DNA of 64,000 nucleotides, taken from Candidatus Babeliales bacterium (GTDB taxonomy: Bacteria > Babelota > Babeliae > Babelales > JANWKD01). Of this stretch, positions 19,980 through 30,724 are shown in pieces (positions within the stretch are counted from its first letter, which is position 1; each line of letters begins with the position of its first letter). A program made the translations under genes and the position numbers. The stretch is from assembly GCA_963762115.1 (NCBI GenBank), contig CAVXJH010000003.1, positions 448,001 to 512,000 on the forward strand, given 5' to 3'. The notes beneath the pieces are model-generated. The model saw nothing but the letters and a program-made list of their open reading frames with translations. It made no database searches and had not been told where the DNA came from.

Positions 19980-22217
19980 ATGAAAAAATTATTAATTGTT
20001 GAATCACCCGCAAAAATAAAAACAATCTCGAAGTTCCTTGGTAAGGATTTCAAGATTATGTCAACGATTGGCCATATCAAAGATTTACCGCCAAAAGAAA
20101 TTGGTGTTTCTATCGGCGATGGCATTGATATTCATTATGTGGTGTTAGATAAAAAACAAAAAGTAATAAATGATATCTGCAAAGAAGCAAAAACTTGCGA
20201 TGAAATCTTTTTAGCTCCTGATCCTGACAGAGAAGGTGAAATTATTGCTTGGCATATTAGTAATGAAATTGAAAAAGTAGTTAAAGATCCCTCCATAATT
20301 CATCGCATTACTTTTAATGAAATTACTAAAACAGCAATAACTGAAGCCATTGCACATCCTTCAACCATTGATATGGAAAAAGTTGCCGCACAACAAGCAC
20401 GACGAGTACTTGATCGATGGGTAGGCTATGAAGTTTCTCCTATATTATGGCGCAAAATAGCAAAAGGTCTTTCTGCCGGCCGTGTTCAATCGGTAGCACT
20501 CAAGCTCATTTGTGATCGCGAAGAATCAATTCGACAATTTAAACCAGAAGAATATTGGTCTATTCACGCATTATTTGTTGATGAAGTTGCAAAACTTAAT
20601 GCTCCGCTCACTCATATTAAGAAGAAGAAAGCTGAAATTCACACAGAAGCTGAAGCAAAAAAAATTACTGATGATTTAAAAAAATCTTCATACGTTATTG
20701 AATCCATAGAAGATAAACAACGCACCAAAAATCCGCTTCCCCCCTTCATGACAAGTAGTTTGCAACAAGCGGCGTTTAATCGGCTTGGATTTTCAGTAAA
20801 AAAAACAATGCAGGTTGCCCAAAATTTATATGAAGGTATTCCGTTAGAAGATGCGTCAACACCAGTTGCTCTTATAACCTATATGCGAACCGATTCGCTA
20901 CGGTTATCTGATACAGCGCTCAAACAAGCTCGCACTTTTATTACTCAGGAATATGGCAAAGATTATCTCCCTTCAAAAGAAAATATCTATGCAAAAGGCG
21001 GCAAAGCACAAGATGCTCACGAAGCAATTAGACCAATTGATAGTGCAATTACTCCGCACTATGCAAAAAAATATTTACCACCTGATGCGGCTAAACTGTA
21101 TGAATTAATTTGGCAACGTTTTATTGCATCTCAAATGAAATCAGCACTTTATGCACAACGACAAGTAACCATCCAAGGTGGGATTTACACCTTTAAAGTT
21201 ACCGGGTCAACACTCTTATTTGATGGATTTTTACGCGTATACGGCATTGATGAAGATGATGAAAAAGAAGAAAAAGTTGTCATTCCGCCATCGCTCAAAG
21301 CAAAAGAAGCTTTGGATATTACTAAAATTACGCCAAAACAACATTTCACTCAGCCTCCAGCTCGATTTACTGAAGCATCATTAGTAAAAGAATTAGAAAA
21401 AGAAGGTATTGGAAGACCAAGTACCTATGCAACAATTCTTTCAGTAATTCGAGCACGTGATTATACAACATTAGATACAAAGAAACGCTTTTTGCCAACA
21501 GAACTTGGGATGACCGTTACCAAAATGCTCACGGATAACTTACCAAAAATTATGAATCAAAAATTCACGGCAGAAATGGAAGAAGATCTTGATAAAATTG
21601 CCCAAGGTACTTTAAAGCGTGATACGTTATTAAAAGAATTTTATAAAAATTTTGAAGTAGACTTAAACACCTTTCGTGGCGAAGCAAAACGCCCTAGTGA
21701 ACCTATCGGCATGAAATGCCCTAAGTGTAATGAACATGAACTTGCTGTTCGCATAGGAAAAACTGGTCACTTTGTCGGTTGTTTGGGCTACCCAGAATGC
21801 ACCTTCACCAGTAATTTTAAACGTAAAGAAGATGGCACCATTGAGTTAGTTGAAACAGAACAAGCAAAAATATTAGATGAAAAATGCCCAACATGCGGAA
21901 GCCCGCTTCGTCAAGTTATTGGTAAATACGGCCCCTTTGTTGCCTGCTCAAGTTATCCAAAATGCAAATACATCAAACAAGTAATAGCAAATTTTCCATG
22001 CCCGCTTGATGGTGGCGATGTTATTCGTCGTCAATGGCGTGGCAGTGTTTTCTGGGGCTGCAGTAATTATCCAAAATGTAAGTTTACCATTTCAGGCGAT
22101 ATTGAAGAAAAACCTTGCCCAAAATGCAAAACGCCTTACTTACTCAAAAAAATGGATAAAGATGGCAACGTCACCTTAACATGTGCCAACAAAGAATGCG
22201 GTTATAAAAGTAATTAA
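19980..22217 (+). CDS. topA: DNA topoisomerase I
   Basis: IVESPAK, DPDREGE, SAGRVQS, ITYMRTD, DAHEAIRP, GIGRPSTY, C-terminal zinc ribbons. Confidence 0.98.
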   Translation: MKKLLIVESPAKIKTISKFLGKDFKIMSTIGHIKDLPPKEIGVSIGDGIDIHYVVLDKKQKVINDICKEAKTCDEIFLAPDPDREGEIIAWHISNEIEKVVKDPSIIHRITFNEITKTAITEAIAHPSTIDMEKVAAQQARRVLDRWVGYEVSPILWRKIAKGLSAGRVQSVALKLICDREESIRQFKPEEYWSIHALFVDEVAKLNAPLTHIKKKKAEIHTEAEAKKITDDLKKSSYVIESIEDKQRTKNPLPPFMTSSLQQAAFNRLGFSVKKTMQVAQNLYEGIPLEDASTPVALITYMRTDSLRLSDTALKQARTFITQEYGKDYLPSKENIYAKGGKAQDAHEAIRPIDSAITPHYAKKYLPPDAAKLYELIWQRFIASQMKSALYAQRQVTIQGGIYTFKVTGSTLLFDGFLRVYGIDEDDEKEEKVVIPPSLKAKEALDITKITPKQHFTQPPARFTEASLVKELEKEGIGRPSTYATILSVIRARDYTTLDTKKRFLPTELGMTVTKMLTDNLPKIMNQKFTAEMEEDLDKIAQGTLKRDTLLKEFYKNFEVDLNTFRGEAKRPSEPIGMKCPKCNEHELAVRIGKTGHFVGCLGYPECTFTSNFKRKEDGTIELVETEQAKILDEKCPTCGSPLRQVIGKYGPFVACSSYPKCKYIKQVIANFPCPLDGGDVIRRQWRGSVFWGCSNYPKCKFTISGDIEEKPCPKCKTPYLLKKMDKDGNVTLTCANKECGYKSN

Positions 22218-22777
22218 TTTTTGCTTATTCGGTCGGGATTTTTTAAAGCTTTATGCAACGTCATTTCACGCTTCAGTTGATCAGTAATTATACTTTTAAA
22301 AAATATTGATTTGTATAATTTTTTAACACCTGAATACATGTATGATGATCCAAAAAAAATACTTCCCCAAGAAAGACCTTGGCCCACCAACAACAAATAA
22401 TTACTCTGTGGTTTATTTCTCATATCTAACACGTTATGTAATCCCAAACCAAAAAGAACTGTTCCAAGACATAGATGCTTTAAACCTTGTCCCCCTTTTT
22501 TTAGTGCATCACCGCAATCTCGTTTTAATTCTAAATTCTGCTCTCGAGCTGACACGTCGGTTACTAAATCATTAACAAATGCCGTTCCTTGCTGAACTAA
22601 TTCGTCATACCCACTTTTAAATAATGAACTATCAACAGAATATCTTTCGTTGCCTTTATTTGATCGTTCTTTGTGCACAAAAGCTTGGAATTGTCTATGC
22701 CGTTTTGAACATTTTTTAGCATCAACAGTATTCATGAGACAACATAAACTTATCATTAAAAAAAATATTCGATTCAT
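22214..22777 (-). CDS. Hypothetical exported protein with paired hydrophobic segments
   Basis: Probable ATG at 22777 (MNRIFF) giving a signal peptide; two Gly-rich hydrophobic segments. Confidence 0.65.
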   Translation of the reverse strand: MNRIFFLMISLCCLMNTVDAKKCSKRHRQFQAFVHKERSNKGNERYSVDSSLFKSGYDELVQQGTAFVNDLVTDVSAREQNLELKRDCGDALKKGGQGLKHLCLGTVLFGLGLHNVLDMRNKPQSNYLLLVGQGLSWGSIFFGSSYMYSGVKKLYKSIFFKSIITDQLKREMTLHKALKNPDRISKN

Positions 22778-22857
22778 AAAAAACCTTGTTATTATACCAT
22801 TAAAATATACATTATAATTATAGTAAAAAATAAAAAAATATAATACGTTATTGAACC

Positions 22858-23484
22858 ATGAATGAAAATATTTCAAAAGAATACATTGCACAATTTTTAC
22901 CACCCAACCCCATTATTATTGAAGCTGGTGCACACATCGGCCGCGACACAAAAAAAATGGCACGGCAATGGCCCAATGCTCATATTCATGCTTTTGAACC
23001 AGTTCCTGCATTATTTGAAATACTAAAAAAAAATACTGCTTCATATCCTAATGTTATTTGTTATCCCTATGCATTGAGCAGTAACAATGGCACATCTCAG
23101 TTTTATGTCAGCAGCGGTCGATCAACGGCAACAAGTTCACTATTAGCGCCAAAAGAATATCTTAAAGAACACCCTACAACATTTTTTGAAAAAGTCAGCG
23201 TCCAAACCATAACTCTTGATACATGGGCAGAAAAATATGCCATTCCTCATATTGATTTTATGTGGCTCGACATGCAAGGCGGTGAACTTGCAGCACTACA
23301 AGCAGGAACAAATCTCTTAAAAAAAGTACGTGTTATTTATACTGAAGTTAGTTTTATTGAGCGCTATGAACATAACCCTCTTTATCCGCTCGTTAAAAAT
23401 TGGTTAGAACAACAAGGTTTTTCAATACAAAAAAAAGAATTTAGAACGCCTGCATGGGGCAATGTTCTTTTTATCAAACAATAA
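22858..23484 (+). CDS. FkbM-family methyltransferase
   Basis: EAGAHIG, HAFEP, TITLD, IDFMWLDMQGGE, IYTEV. Confidence 0.9.
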   Translation: MNENISKEYIAQFLPPNPIIIEAGAHIGRDTKKMARQWPNAHIHAFEPVPALFEILKKNTASYPNVICYPYALSSNNGTSQFYVSSGRSTATSSLLAPKEYLKEHPTTFFEKVSVQTITLDTWAEKYAIPHIDFMWLDMQGGELAALQAGTNLLKKVRVIYTEVSFIERYEHNPLYPLVKNWLEQQGFSIQKKEFRTPAWGNVLFIKQ

Positions 23485-23559
23485 AAATAAAATTGCAAAA
23501 ATATCCGGATTGTTTTATTTTTACAGCAATTACCACAATACAATAACATAGGAACGCAT

Positions 23560-23808
23560 ATGAATCTGAAAAAAATATTGTATCTTCCCTTATACGGATT
23601 CATTTTTATGTTTTCTTTGGATGCTATGCATCAACGAAAAATAACTAATACTATAACAAAAAAAACAAAAGAATTAGCCGATTTAAACAAAAAAACCGAC
23701 TCAGAATGTTTGCAATTTCTAGGACAACTAAATTGTCTCAATTGTTGCTGCAATGGTACATTTTATGGTATTATTTCATTATTAAAAATCCCATCACAAC
23801 TTCAGTAA
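23560..23808 (+). CDS. Small exported Cys-cluster protein
   Basis: Signal peptide, MHQRK, CLNCCC, hydrophobic tail. Confidence 0.6.
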   Translation: MNLKKILYLPLYGFIFMFSLDAMHQRKITNTITKKTKELADLNKKTDSECLQFLGQLNCLNCCCNGTFYGIISLLKIPSQLQ

Positions 23809-23823
23809 CAAGCGAAAGATAGT

Positions 23824-24159
23824 ATGAAAACAAAAAAAATTATTTTATTATTATCAATCATGATTCTTCAGTTTTTTTCTCACATTGATTGCATGCAACA
23901 ACGAAAAAAATCTCCAAAAGACAATCAATTAACAGCAAGACAAATAAATAATAAAGAAAAAAGAAAACACAGACGTCAACAAGAAAAAGACTACTTAAAA
24001 CAAGTAGAAAAAAATGAAACTGCATGTGACCCTCTCTGTTGTCTTATATGCCCTATAGCTAATTGTGGAGTCTTTGTTGTAATGGGCTTACTAGGTTGTG
24101 CAGAATATTTACAAACAAATGATATAACAAATAATCTATTTAATGGAACACAATCATAA
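23824..24159 (+). CDS. Small exported Cys-cluster protein, probable paralog of 23560
   Basis: Signal peptide, MQQRK, CDPLCCLICPIANC, hydrophobic segment. Confidence 0.65.
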   Translation: MKTKKIILLLSIMILQFFSHIDCMQQRKKSPKDNQLTARQINNKEKRKHRRQQEKDYLKQVEKNETACDPLCCLICPIANCGVFVVMGLLGCAEYLQTNDITNNLFNGTQS

Positions 24160-24222
24160 CAGCAAGTAATATCAATAACAAAACACAAAATAATATTTTT
24201 ACTCTGTTTACTATTACCAAAT

Positions 24223-26142
24223 TCATATGTCCATTCCGTGAGATTCTAATTTTGTTTTAATACGTTCTTGGGCAACAAGTTTTTTTGTTGTCCTTAATTT
24301 TTTACTTGCACGTTTATTACCATACCCATCTGCGATAAAACAATCTTCAATGACAAATTCTAAATCTGATACCACCGTAAATAACGGTTGATGTTCATAA
24401 TAAAGAATTATATTCCCTCCTGCGTGCATTGGTTGCAAAGCAGCATCTACCATAAAATTCCAACACCACATTTCTTCTTTTTGTGGAGTATCAGTTTCAT
24501 ACCAATCTTCAATAATAATTGATGTATCCTGAGAAGAAATAGTAATAGTACGAAATGCTGTTATTCCAAGCGTTTCATACAACGTATGATGTGTGTATAT
24601 ACTCATATCAGTCGCATTCTTTTCCCAATCATCGCAAAATTGTTGTTCTTTCATTGATAAGGCAAAAAGACGATCATCAACGGGAATTAAATCTTGATCT
24701 TTTAAATACCATGTTGAATGCGATTCTACACCTCTAAAGTAATTACGCCATAGTGTTGATGGTGTATAAAGATAACTACCCGAATCAACAAAAATTGGTA
24801 TTCCTTGATATGATAAGGTAATACTCCCAACATCTGCATGAAAATGACCCGAAGGCTGTCTAGCAGCATACACATGATGTCGCAAAGTGCTATGCCATTT
24901 TTCTGTTTTTAAAATAGAAAGTCCAAACTCTTTATAATGCATCACTGGTGCAAAAGTATATTGTTTAGAACGATCATCAATAAGTTCTTTTGTAATACCA
25001 TAAAAAAGAATTTTCCCTGAATCATCATCACCAATATGCACGAGACTACCATGCTGTGGCGTACAATTTTTAATAAAACCAAACATTTTATCCAAAATTG
25101 CTTGAAAAGATGATGGTAAAAAAAATCCCATTTTTTTTGCTAAATATTCAAAATGAAAAAAAATCTCTGTAACAAGTTTATGATAATATGTTGAACCTTC
25201 ATAATCAGTTCCCTCAAAAAAAACTTGCTTTTCAAATTCTTGTAATAGTTCTTGATAACACCAAGCTGCTTTTTTTTGTATGATTTCTTGATCATAAAAA
25301 ATAAAACAAAGATAAAAATAACCAATTAAATCTGAAAGATAATGATTCGATGTACGAAAATCATACACTTCCCAATTATGCTCAAGATAAAAAAGATGAT
25401 CATATAAAACACAACTATAGTTTTGCCAAAAATCATCTGATAATGCCTGTTTAAAAAAAGTATATGCCCACACTAAATTCACCGCGCGAATACCAACATC
25501 CATGGGGCAAGCCCAATGAGCCCCCAACAAAAAAGGATTATTGCGATGCCAATCTAAAAATTGTTGCTCAAATGCCGTCACATACTGTTGATCATTCGTC
25601 ATTTGATAGGCATACCCGAGCACAAAAAAATGCTGTAAACGAGAAAGTTCCCACGGAACTTTTATATCTTTTATGGGTTGTGCGGTTGTTCCCGCTTTGA
25701 TAATAAAATCTTTATAATAAAGGTTAGGATCGAAAAAAACATCCGCATCTTGCTTGTCTTGTTGCAATCTAAAATCACTATGCCACGGTATTGCATCAAA
25801 AGTAATTTTACCTGAGCCAAGAAGATCAAAAGAACATGCCACAAATTCATCAGCTTGTTTGCATACAATTTCTTTTGAAGGCATAGTATGCATATCATGA
25901 ACGGCAAAATCTAGTCGTTTTTGACTATTCTTTTGCCATTCATAAAAATTTTCTTGTATATTTAAATGTTGTATAACAGCTGCCCACGTATGATGCGCAT
26001 TTTTTTGTGCCGCCTTGGTTCGCCAATAACGATCAAATTGTTTGTCTTTATATCGATTATGCGCAATCTTAATCGTTTGCAATAACCCCAATTGATAAGC
26101 ACGCTGAGCATAATGTTTAATTTTTTTAAGCTCCACTACCAT
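24223..26142 (-). CDS. Heparinase II/III-family protein
   Basis: DIKVPWELSRLQH, SNHYLSDL, EGSTYYH, GDDDSG, GHFHAD, VDSGSYLYT, RNYFRG..SHST. Confidence 0.88.
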   Translation of the reverse strand: MVVELKKIKHYAQRAYQLGLLQTIKIAHNRYKDKQFDRYWRTKAAQKNAHHTWAAVIQHLNIQENFYEWQKNSQKRLDFAVHDMHTMPSKEIVCKQADEFVACSFDLLGSGKITFDAIPWHSDFRLQQDKQDADVFFDPNLYYKDFIIKAGTTAQPIKDIKVPWELSRLQHFFVLGYAYQMTNDQQYVTAFEQQFLDWHRNNPFLLGAHWACPMDVGIRAVNLVWAYTFFKQALSDDFWQNYSCVLYDHLFYLEHNWEVYDFRTSNHYLSDLIGYFYLCFIFYDQEIIQKKAAWCYQELLQEFEKQVFFEGTDYEGSTYYHKLVTEIFFHFEYLAKKMGFFLPSSFQAILDKMFGFIKNCTPQHGSLVHIGDDDSGKILFYGITKELIDDRSKQYTFAPVMHYKEFGLSILKTEKWHSTLRHHVYAARQPSGHFHADVGSITLSYQGIPIFVDSGSYLYTPSTLWRNYFRGVESHSTWYLKDQDLIPVDDRLFALSMKEQQFCDDWEKNATDMSIYTHHTLYETLGITAFRTITISSQDTSIIIEDWYETDTPQKEEMWCWNFMVDAALQPMHAGGNIILYYEHQPLFTVVSDLEFVIEDCFIADGYGNKRASKKLRTTKKLVAQERIKTKLESHGMDI

Positions 26143-26162
26143 TTCCCTTTTTTTTTAGTTCT

Positions 26163-28100
26163 TTATTTCAATCGTGTGCCGTTAGGAACAACATTTTGAA
26201 CACAAACTAATTGTAAGGCACCTTGCGCATCAGTTGCTGTTAAAATCATACCCTGTGATTCAAAACCCATCATGGCTCGTGGTTTCAAATTAAAAACAAA
26301 GACGTGCTGTTTTCCTACTAATTGCTCAGGGGTGAAAGACTGTTTTATACCGCTTAAAATTTGTCGCACACCGTGCTCGCCAAAATTAACCTGTAACTTA
26401 TACAGCTTTTCTGATTTAGGAATTGGTTCACACTGCTCAATTGTGCCAATACGCAGTTCAACACGAGACAAATGTTCAATATCAATAGCATCTTGATCAA
26501 TCACGTTATTTTCCTTATTTTCTTGTTGTTCATCTTTTTTTGGTTCTGGTTTAATAAAAAGTGTTGGAATTTTTTTCAATACAAATGATCTTTGCCAAGA
26601 AGTGTTTTCAAGCTCTATAATATAATTTGTTGTATCAATTGAAATGTTTGTTCCTAAACTTGATAAAAGACGTTCCATGCTTTGCGGCATAACTGGCCAC
26701 ACCAATAATGCAATACCATATAAACTATGACATGTTGCCGCCACCACTTCCTTAAATTTTTGCTCATCTGATTTTGCTAATTTCCATGGTTCATGAGCAT
26801 GAAAAAAAGCATTTGTTTGCGCTACATATTTCCAAATAGAGGCGAGCGCCATATGCAAAGCATACTCGTGCATATATGATTTCATCTCACTCAACATAGC
26901 TTGAAATGCTTTTTGTAACGCTATAGCATCAGCTGACCAATGCTCAGAAACATTAACAACCGTGAGATTATTTTTTTCTGCCAATGCTGTCATACGATTA
27001 AGTAAATTTCCTAAGTCGTTTGCTAAATCTGCGGTAATACGTTGCTCAAGATCATGAATTGAAAAATTAGTATCTTGATTGATCGACATTTGACGCATCA
27101 AATAATACCGTACTGCATCAGCACCATAGGCAGTATATAAATCTTCCGGATCAACAACATTGCCTAACGATTTCGACATCTTTTGTTCATCTATTTTAAT
27201 CCATCCGTGCACCAAAAGTTGTTTTGGTAAGGCCAATCCTGATGCCATCAAAAATGCTGGCCAATACACGGCATGAAAACGAATAATATCTTTACCCAAA
27301 ATATGCAAATCAGCGGGCCACCAATAGTTAAATTCTTTTTCCTTTCCTGGTTGTGCATAGCCAACAGCAGTAATATAATTATTCAATGCATCAGCCCATA
27401 CATACGTAACATGCTTACTATCACCAGGAAAAGGAATGCCCCATGAAATGGTTGTTCTTGAAATACTTAAATCGCGAAGACCGTCTTTCACAAAATTAAT
27501 TACTTCATGAGCACGTTCTTTAGGCACAATAAAATGTGGGTTATCACGATAAAGTTGTAATAATTTTTCTTGATAGGCGGATAATTTAAAAAAATATGAT
27601 TCTTCTGAAAGATAAACGGTATCACGTGAACACGTCGGACACAAGGGACCTTTTTGCTCTAATGCAACTGTTTCATCCGATTTTTCAGTGACAAATGATT
27701 CACAAGGAGTGCAATACCATCCTTGATAGAATGCTTTATAAATATCACCCTTATCTAACAACTTTTGCAGCCACATTTGTACCGCTTTTATATGACTTTC
27801 GTCAGTAGTACGAATAAAATGAGTATAGGCTAATTCATAGTCATGCCATACCCTTTTATATGCATCAATAAAACCATCGACAAAATCTTTTGGGGTTTTA
27901 CCAACTGCAGCTGCTACTTGCGCAATTTTTTGACCATGCTCATCAGTACCCGTCAAAAAAAAGACATTATTATTTTGCAAGCGATGCCATCGTGCAATAA
28001 CATCAGCAAGTAAAGTGGAATATAAAGACCCAAGATGTGGTTTTGCTGTAACATAATAAATGGGAGTGGTAACATAAAATTTATTTTTTGGACTATTCAT
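26163..28100 (-). CDS. metG: Methionine--tRNA ligase with C-terminal tRNA-binding domain
   Basis: TTPIYY, HLGS, TGTDEHG, YVWADAL, KMSKS, RQILSGI, ESQGM. Confidence 0.98.
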   Translation of the reverse strand: MNSPKNKFYVTTPIYYVTAKPHLGSLYSTLLADVIARWHRLQNNNVFFLTGTDEHGQKIAQVAAAVGKTPKDFVDGFIDAYKRVWHDYELAYTHFIRTTDESHIKAVQMWLQKLLDKGDIYKAFYQGWYCTPCESFVTEKSDETVALEQKGPLCPTCSRDTVYLSEESYFFKLSAYQEKLLQLYRDNPHFIVPKERAHEVINFVKDGLRDLSISRTTISWGIPFPGDSKHVTYVWADALNNYITAVGYAQPGKEKEFNYWWPADLHILGKDIIRFHAVYWPAFLMASGLALPKQLLVHGWIKIDEQKMSKSLGNVVDPEDLYTAYGADAVRYYLMRQMSINQDTNFSIHDLEQRITADLANDLGNLLNRMTALAEKNNLTVVNVSEHWSADAIALQKAFQAMLSEMKSYMHEYALHMALASIWKYVAQTNAFFHAHEPWKLAKSDEQKFKEVVAATCHSLYGIALLVWPVMPQSMERLLSSLGTNISIDTTNYIIELENTSWQRSFVLKKIPTLFIKPEPKKDEQQENKENNVIDQDAIDIEHLSRVELRIGTIEQCEPIPKSEKLYKLQVNFGEHGVRQILSGIKQSFTPEQLVGKQHVFVFNLKPRAMMGFESQGMILTATDAQGALQLVCVQNVVPNGTRLK

Positions 28101-28204
28101 TGATCTTCTTTAAGAGTAAAAATGTCTTTTTTAATACTTCTCCTTAAGAATAAAACAAAAGTCATATTCATGCAAAAAGCATGCAAATAAGAATTTTATT
28201 TATA

Positions 28205-28240
28205 AAGCAACAGGCCCCTATTTCTAGGAGCCTGTTGCTT
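28205..28240 (-). terminator. Strong hairpin or terminator after beta-barrel copy A
   Basis: Minus strand AAGCAACAGGCTCCTA-GAAA-TAGGGGCCTGTTGCTT: 16-bp stem with GAAA tetraloop. Confidence 0.7.
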
Positions 28241-28296
28241 AGGTATTGTCTATTTTTGATGTAAAAATAGTGTTTTTTTATCTTAGAGTAAACTCA

Positions 28297-30129
28297 TTAA
28301 AAATACACTTCTGCGCCCAAGTACCATGCTGATAGTTTAGGTGCATTTTTACCTGCTACAGCATGGTTAAAGCCACCGAAGAGCTGCCATGAACATGCTT
28401 GATAGAACAATTCACCTTTGATGGTGTGAGCAACTTGCTTGGTGCGAGTTTCAAGCACACTTGCATCTAAAGTATTGGTGTTACCAAGTAAATCAACCGC
28501 GGTTGTTTGTGCAAATTTAATTTTATCACTGCGTTTAACATATGGTTGATAACCAACATCAACTCCCAATTCTGGACAAATACAAGGAACCATGAAGGTT
28601 ATGTCAACATCACCGACAAAATATTGCCATGAAACTTTAGCATCGATTGTAGGTCCGATATTCTTAACCGTTGCACCCATGAATGAAGCTGCAACTCTTT
28701 CTTTTCTGTTGAGTGCCCAATTATAGAATCCATCGATTTTGATTGCCATCCAATCAAATGGTTTCCAACCAAGGAATCCACCGATTTTAACTTCAAAGTG
28801 TCTGTTGTTACCACGTGAGACCAACAAGAGCAAGTTAGGTGAGTTATCGCGTTTTGCTGTTGGGAATGTTGCACCGACGATACCTTCAGCAAACCAGTCG
28901 CCCCAACATCCGCAGAAATCACGATGAACATAAGTTTCTAAGAAGAAATCACCAGGACCTGATGTACGTTGTGTGTCGAAGCTAATGCCTGTTGATGTTA
29001 GCAAGTTCACCGCTGATCCATTAGCGAGAATGCCTTCAATAATCGCATTAAATTTCGATTGAATTGCTCCTGCAGGAGGAACAATAGCAAAACCAGTTCC
29101 AGGATTATGTGCCGTTGGAACTACCCACAATGTCGCTTGTTGTGCAGGATTTGCTCCTAAAGGTGTATAAAGGCTTGCTGTTGAATCAAATCTTGCGCGA
29201 CCGCCAGTTGAAAGATTCGTACCAGTAGCATTCAATAATGGTAATCCATCAACATAGGTATTAAATTGATCTAACGTTGCCCCTCCTTCTGTACAATTAG
29301 CAGTTGTAATTGCATTGTCCTCTCGTAACGTAAATGGAGCTGCAGGTTTTTGACCAACAGGAACAGAAACAACTTGAATAGGAGCATCATTAGCTTCTGT
29401 AACGTCAATGCCAGCCATAGTTATTCTATCAGAATTAGCTACATCGGCATAAATAACGAATTTAGTTGGACCATTTACTGCTAATGGTAATGCTGATAGG
29501 AAATCTAAACGATAAGCAAATGCAGCATTAATCAAGGTACGATCAGCAGGAGCAGCAGCACCACTTTCATTACATACCAATTCATTTTCCGAAGCAACAA
29601 ACAAATTATTAACATTTGTTTCTAAATTACAGCATGAATCCAATGCTGTTTTAACATCACGAAATGGAATACGAAGACGTAATCCAACATGCCATTCATC
29701 TTCACAACCAAAACGCTTTTCAAGATTTAACCCAAACCACGCAGTATTTTCTGTATAATCAAAATTAGGGGTAATTTGAATTATACTAGCCAATGGAAAT
29801 AAGGGGCTTACGCTTCCTGGTGAAACAATATTAGCAATAGTGAAAGTATCTTGATCAAAGAAGAGTCCTGATAATGAATCAGTTCTTGTTGTATCTTTGT
29901 TTAAGAATGCTCTATTTGCATGACGGAATTCCCCTGCCATCCAAGGGTTGATCATATCAAACCACCAACACTTGTTACATTCGTTTTCATCAATTGGCGG
30001 TAAAAAAGGGAAATGGCTATAGGCATAACCATATGAAAGCGGACTTGGCTGCAACCATTGTCGTGCCTCTAACTGGCTCAATCCAAGAGCACTTAGTAGT
30101 GTTAAAAATAATAGATTTTGTTTATTCAT
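28297..30129 (-). CDS. Cys-rich putative outer-membrane beta-barrel protein, copy A
   Basis: Signal peptide, amphipathic strands, C-terminal WYLGAEVYF beta-signal, strong AAGGAG RBS. Confidence 0.7.
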   Translation of the reverse strand: MNKQNLLFLTLLSALGLSQLEARQWLQPSPLSYGYAYSHFPFLPPIDENECNKCWWFDMINPWMAGEFRHANRAFLNKDTTRTDSLSGLFFDQDTFTIANIVSPGSVSPLFPLASIIQITPNFDYTENTAWFGLNLEKRFGCEDEWHVGLRLRIPFRDVKTALDSCCNLETNVNNLFVASENELVCNESGAAAPADRTLINAAFAYRLDFLSALPLAVNGPTKFVIYADVANSDRITMAGIDVTEANDAPIQVVSVPVGQKPAAPFTLREDNAITTANCTEGGATLDQFNTYVDGLPLLNATGTNLSTGGRARFDSTASLYTPLGANPAQQATLWVVPTAHNPGTGFAIVPPAGAIQSKFNAIIEGILANGSAVNLLTSTGISFDTQRTSGPGDFFLETYVHRDFCGCWGDWFAEGIVGATFPTAKRDNSPNLLLLVSRGNNRHFEVKIGGFLGWKPFDWMAIKIDGFYNWALNRKERVAASFMGATVKNIGPTIDAKVSWQYFVGDVDITFMVPCICPELGVDVGYQPYVKRSDKIKFAQTTAVDLLGNTNTLDASVLETRTKQVAHTIKGELFYQACSWQLFGGFNHAVAGKNAPKLSAWYLGAEVYF

Positions 30130-30216
30130 AGTTCTCCTTTATGAATAGTGATACATGTACTCTCAAAAAGCATGGTCCATCCATACTCTCTACTTTTCTC
30201 TTTTTGTAATCTAAAT

Positions 30217-30246
30217 AATAAGGCCCCTAAAAAGGAGCCTTGTTGC
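30217..30246 (-). terminator. Degenerate duplicate of the 28205 hairpin
   Basis: Minus strand AAGGCTCCT-TTTT-AGGGGCCTT followed by ATTATTT. Confidence 0.55.
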
Positions 30247-30342
30247 CGGCATTATCTATTTTTAAGGTAAGAAATAATATTTTTTTATCTAAAAATAACA
30301 TTATTTTCCAATGCATTTTTTGATATATACATAATCTGTTCT

Positions 30343-30702
30343 TCAGTATGATGATAACATACGTTCCATCATTTCCGGCATAACAGCAATAAAAATTATC
30401 GGCAAAGCTTGCATTAAATCTGCATATTGAATAACAGACGAACCGCACGCTAAAGCTTCATAAAAAGCAATAAAGCCCAAAGGCAATTGAGCAAAGGTGT
30501 TTTTTTCTAATGCATCATCAATAATTGCTTTCATAACTGCTTTCAAATCAAATGGTTGCGTCACTTCTGATGCAACCATTTCTTCACAATCATAAGAATC
30601 GAGCGCAAAACAACCGTTCATTACATGAAGCAATATTGCCATGCAAAAAAATGCATTACGTTTTATTACTTTCACTAATGTTATCTGTTGTTTTATCATC
30701 AT
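30343..30702 (-). CDS. Small hypothetical exported protein between the two barrel paralogs
   Basis: 119-aa ORF, AAGGA RBS, signal-peptide-like N-terminus. Confidence 0.55.
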   Translation of the reverse strand: MMIKQQITLVKVIKRNAFFCMAILLHVMNGCFALDSYDCEEMVASEVTQPFDLKAVMKAIIDDALEKNTFAQLPLGFIAFYEALACGSSVIQYADLMQALPIIFIAVMPEMMERMLSSY

Positions 30703-30724
30703 CGTTTCCTTATTTAGCAGTTAC

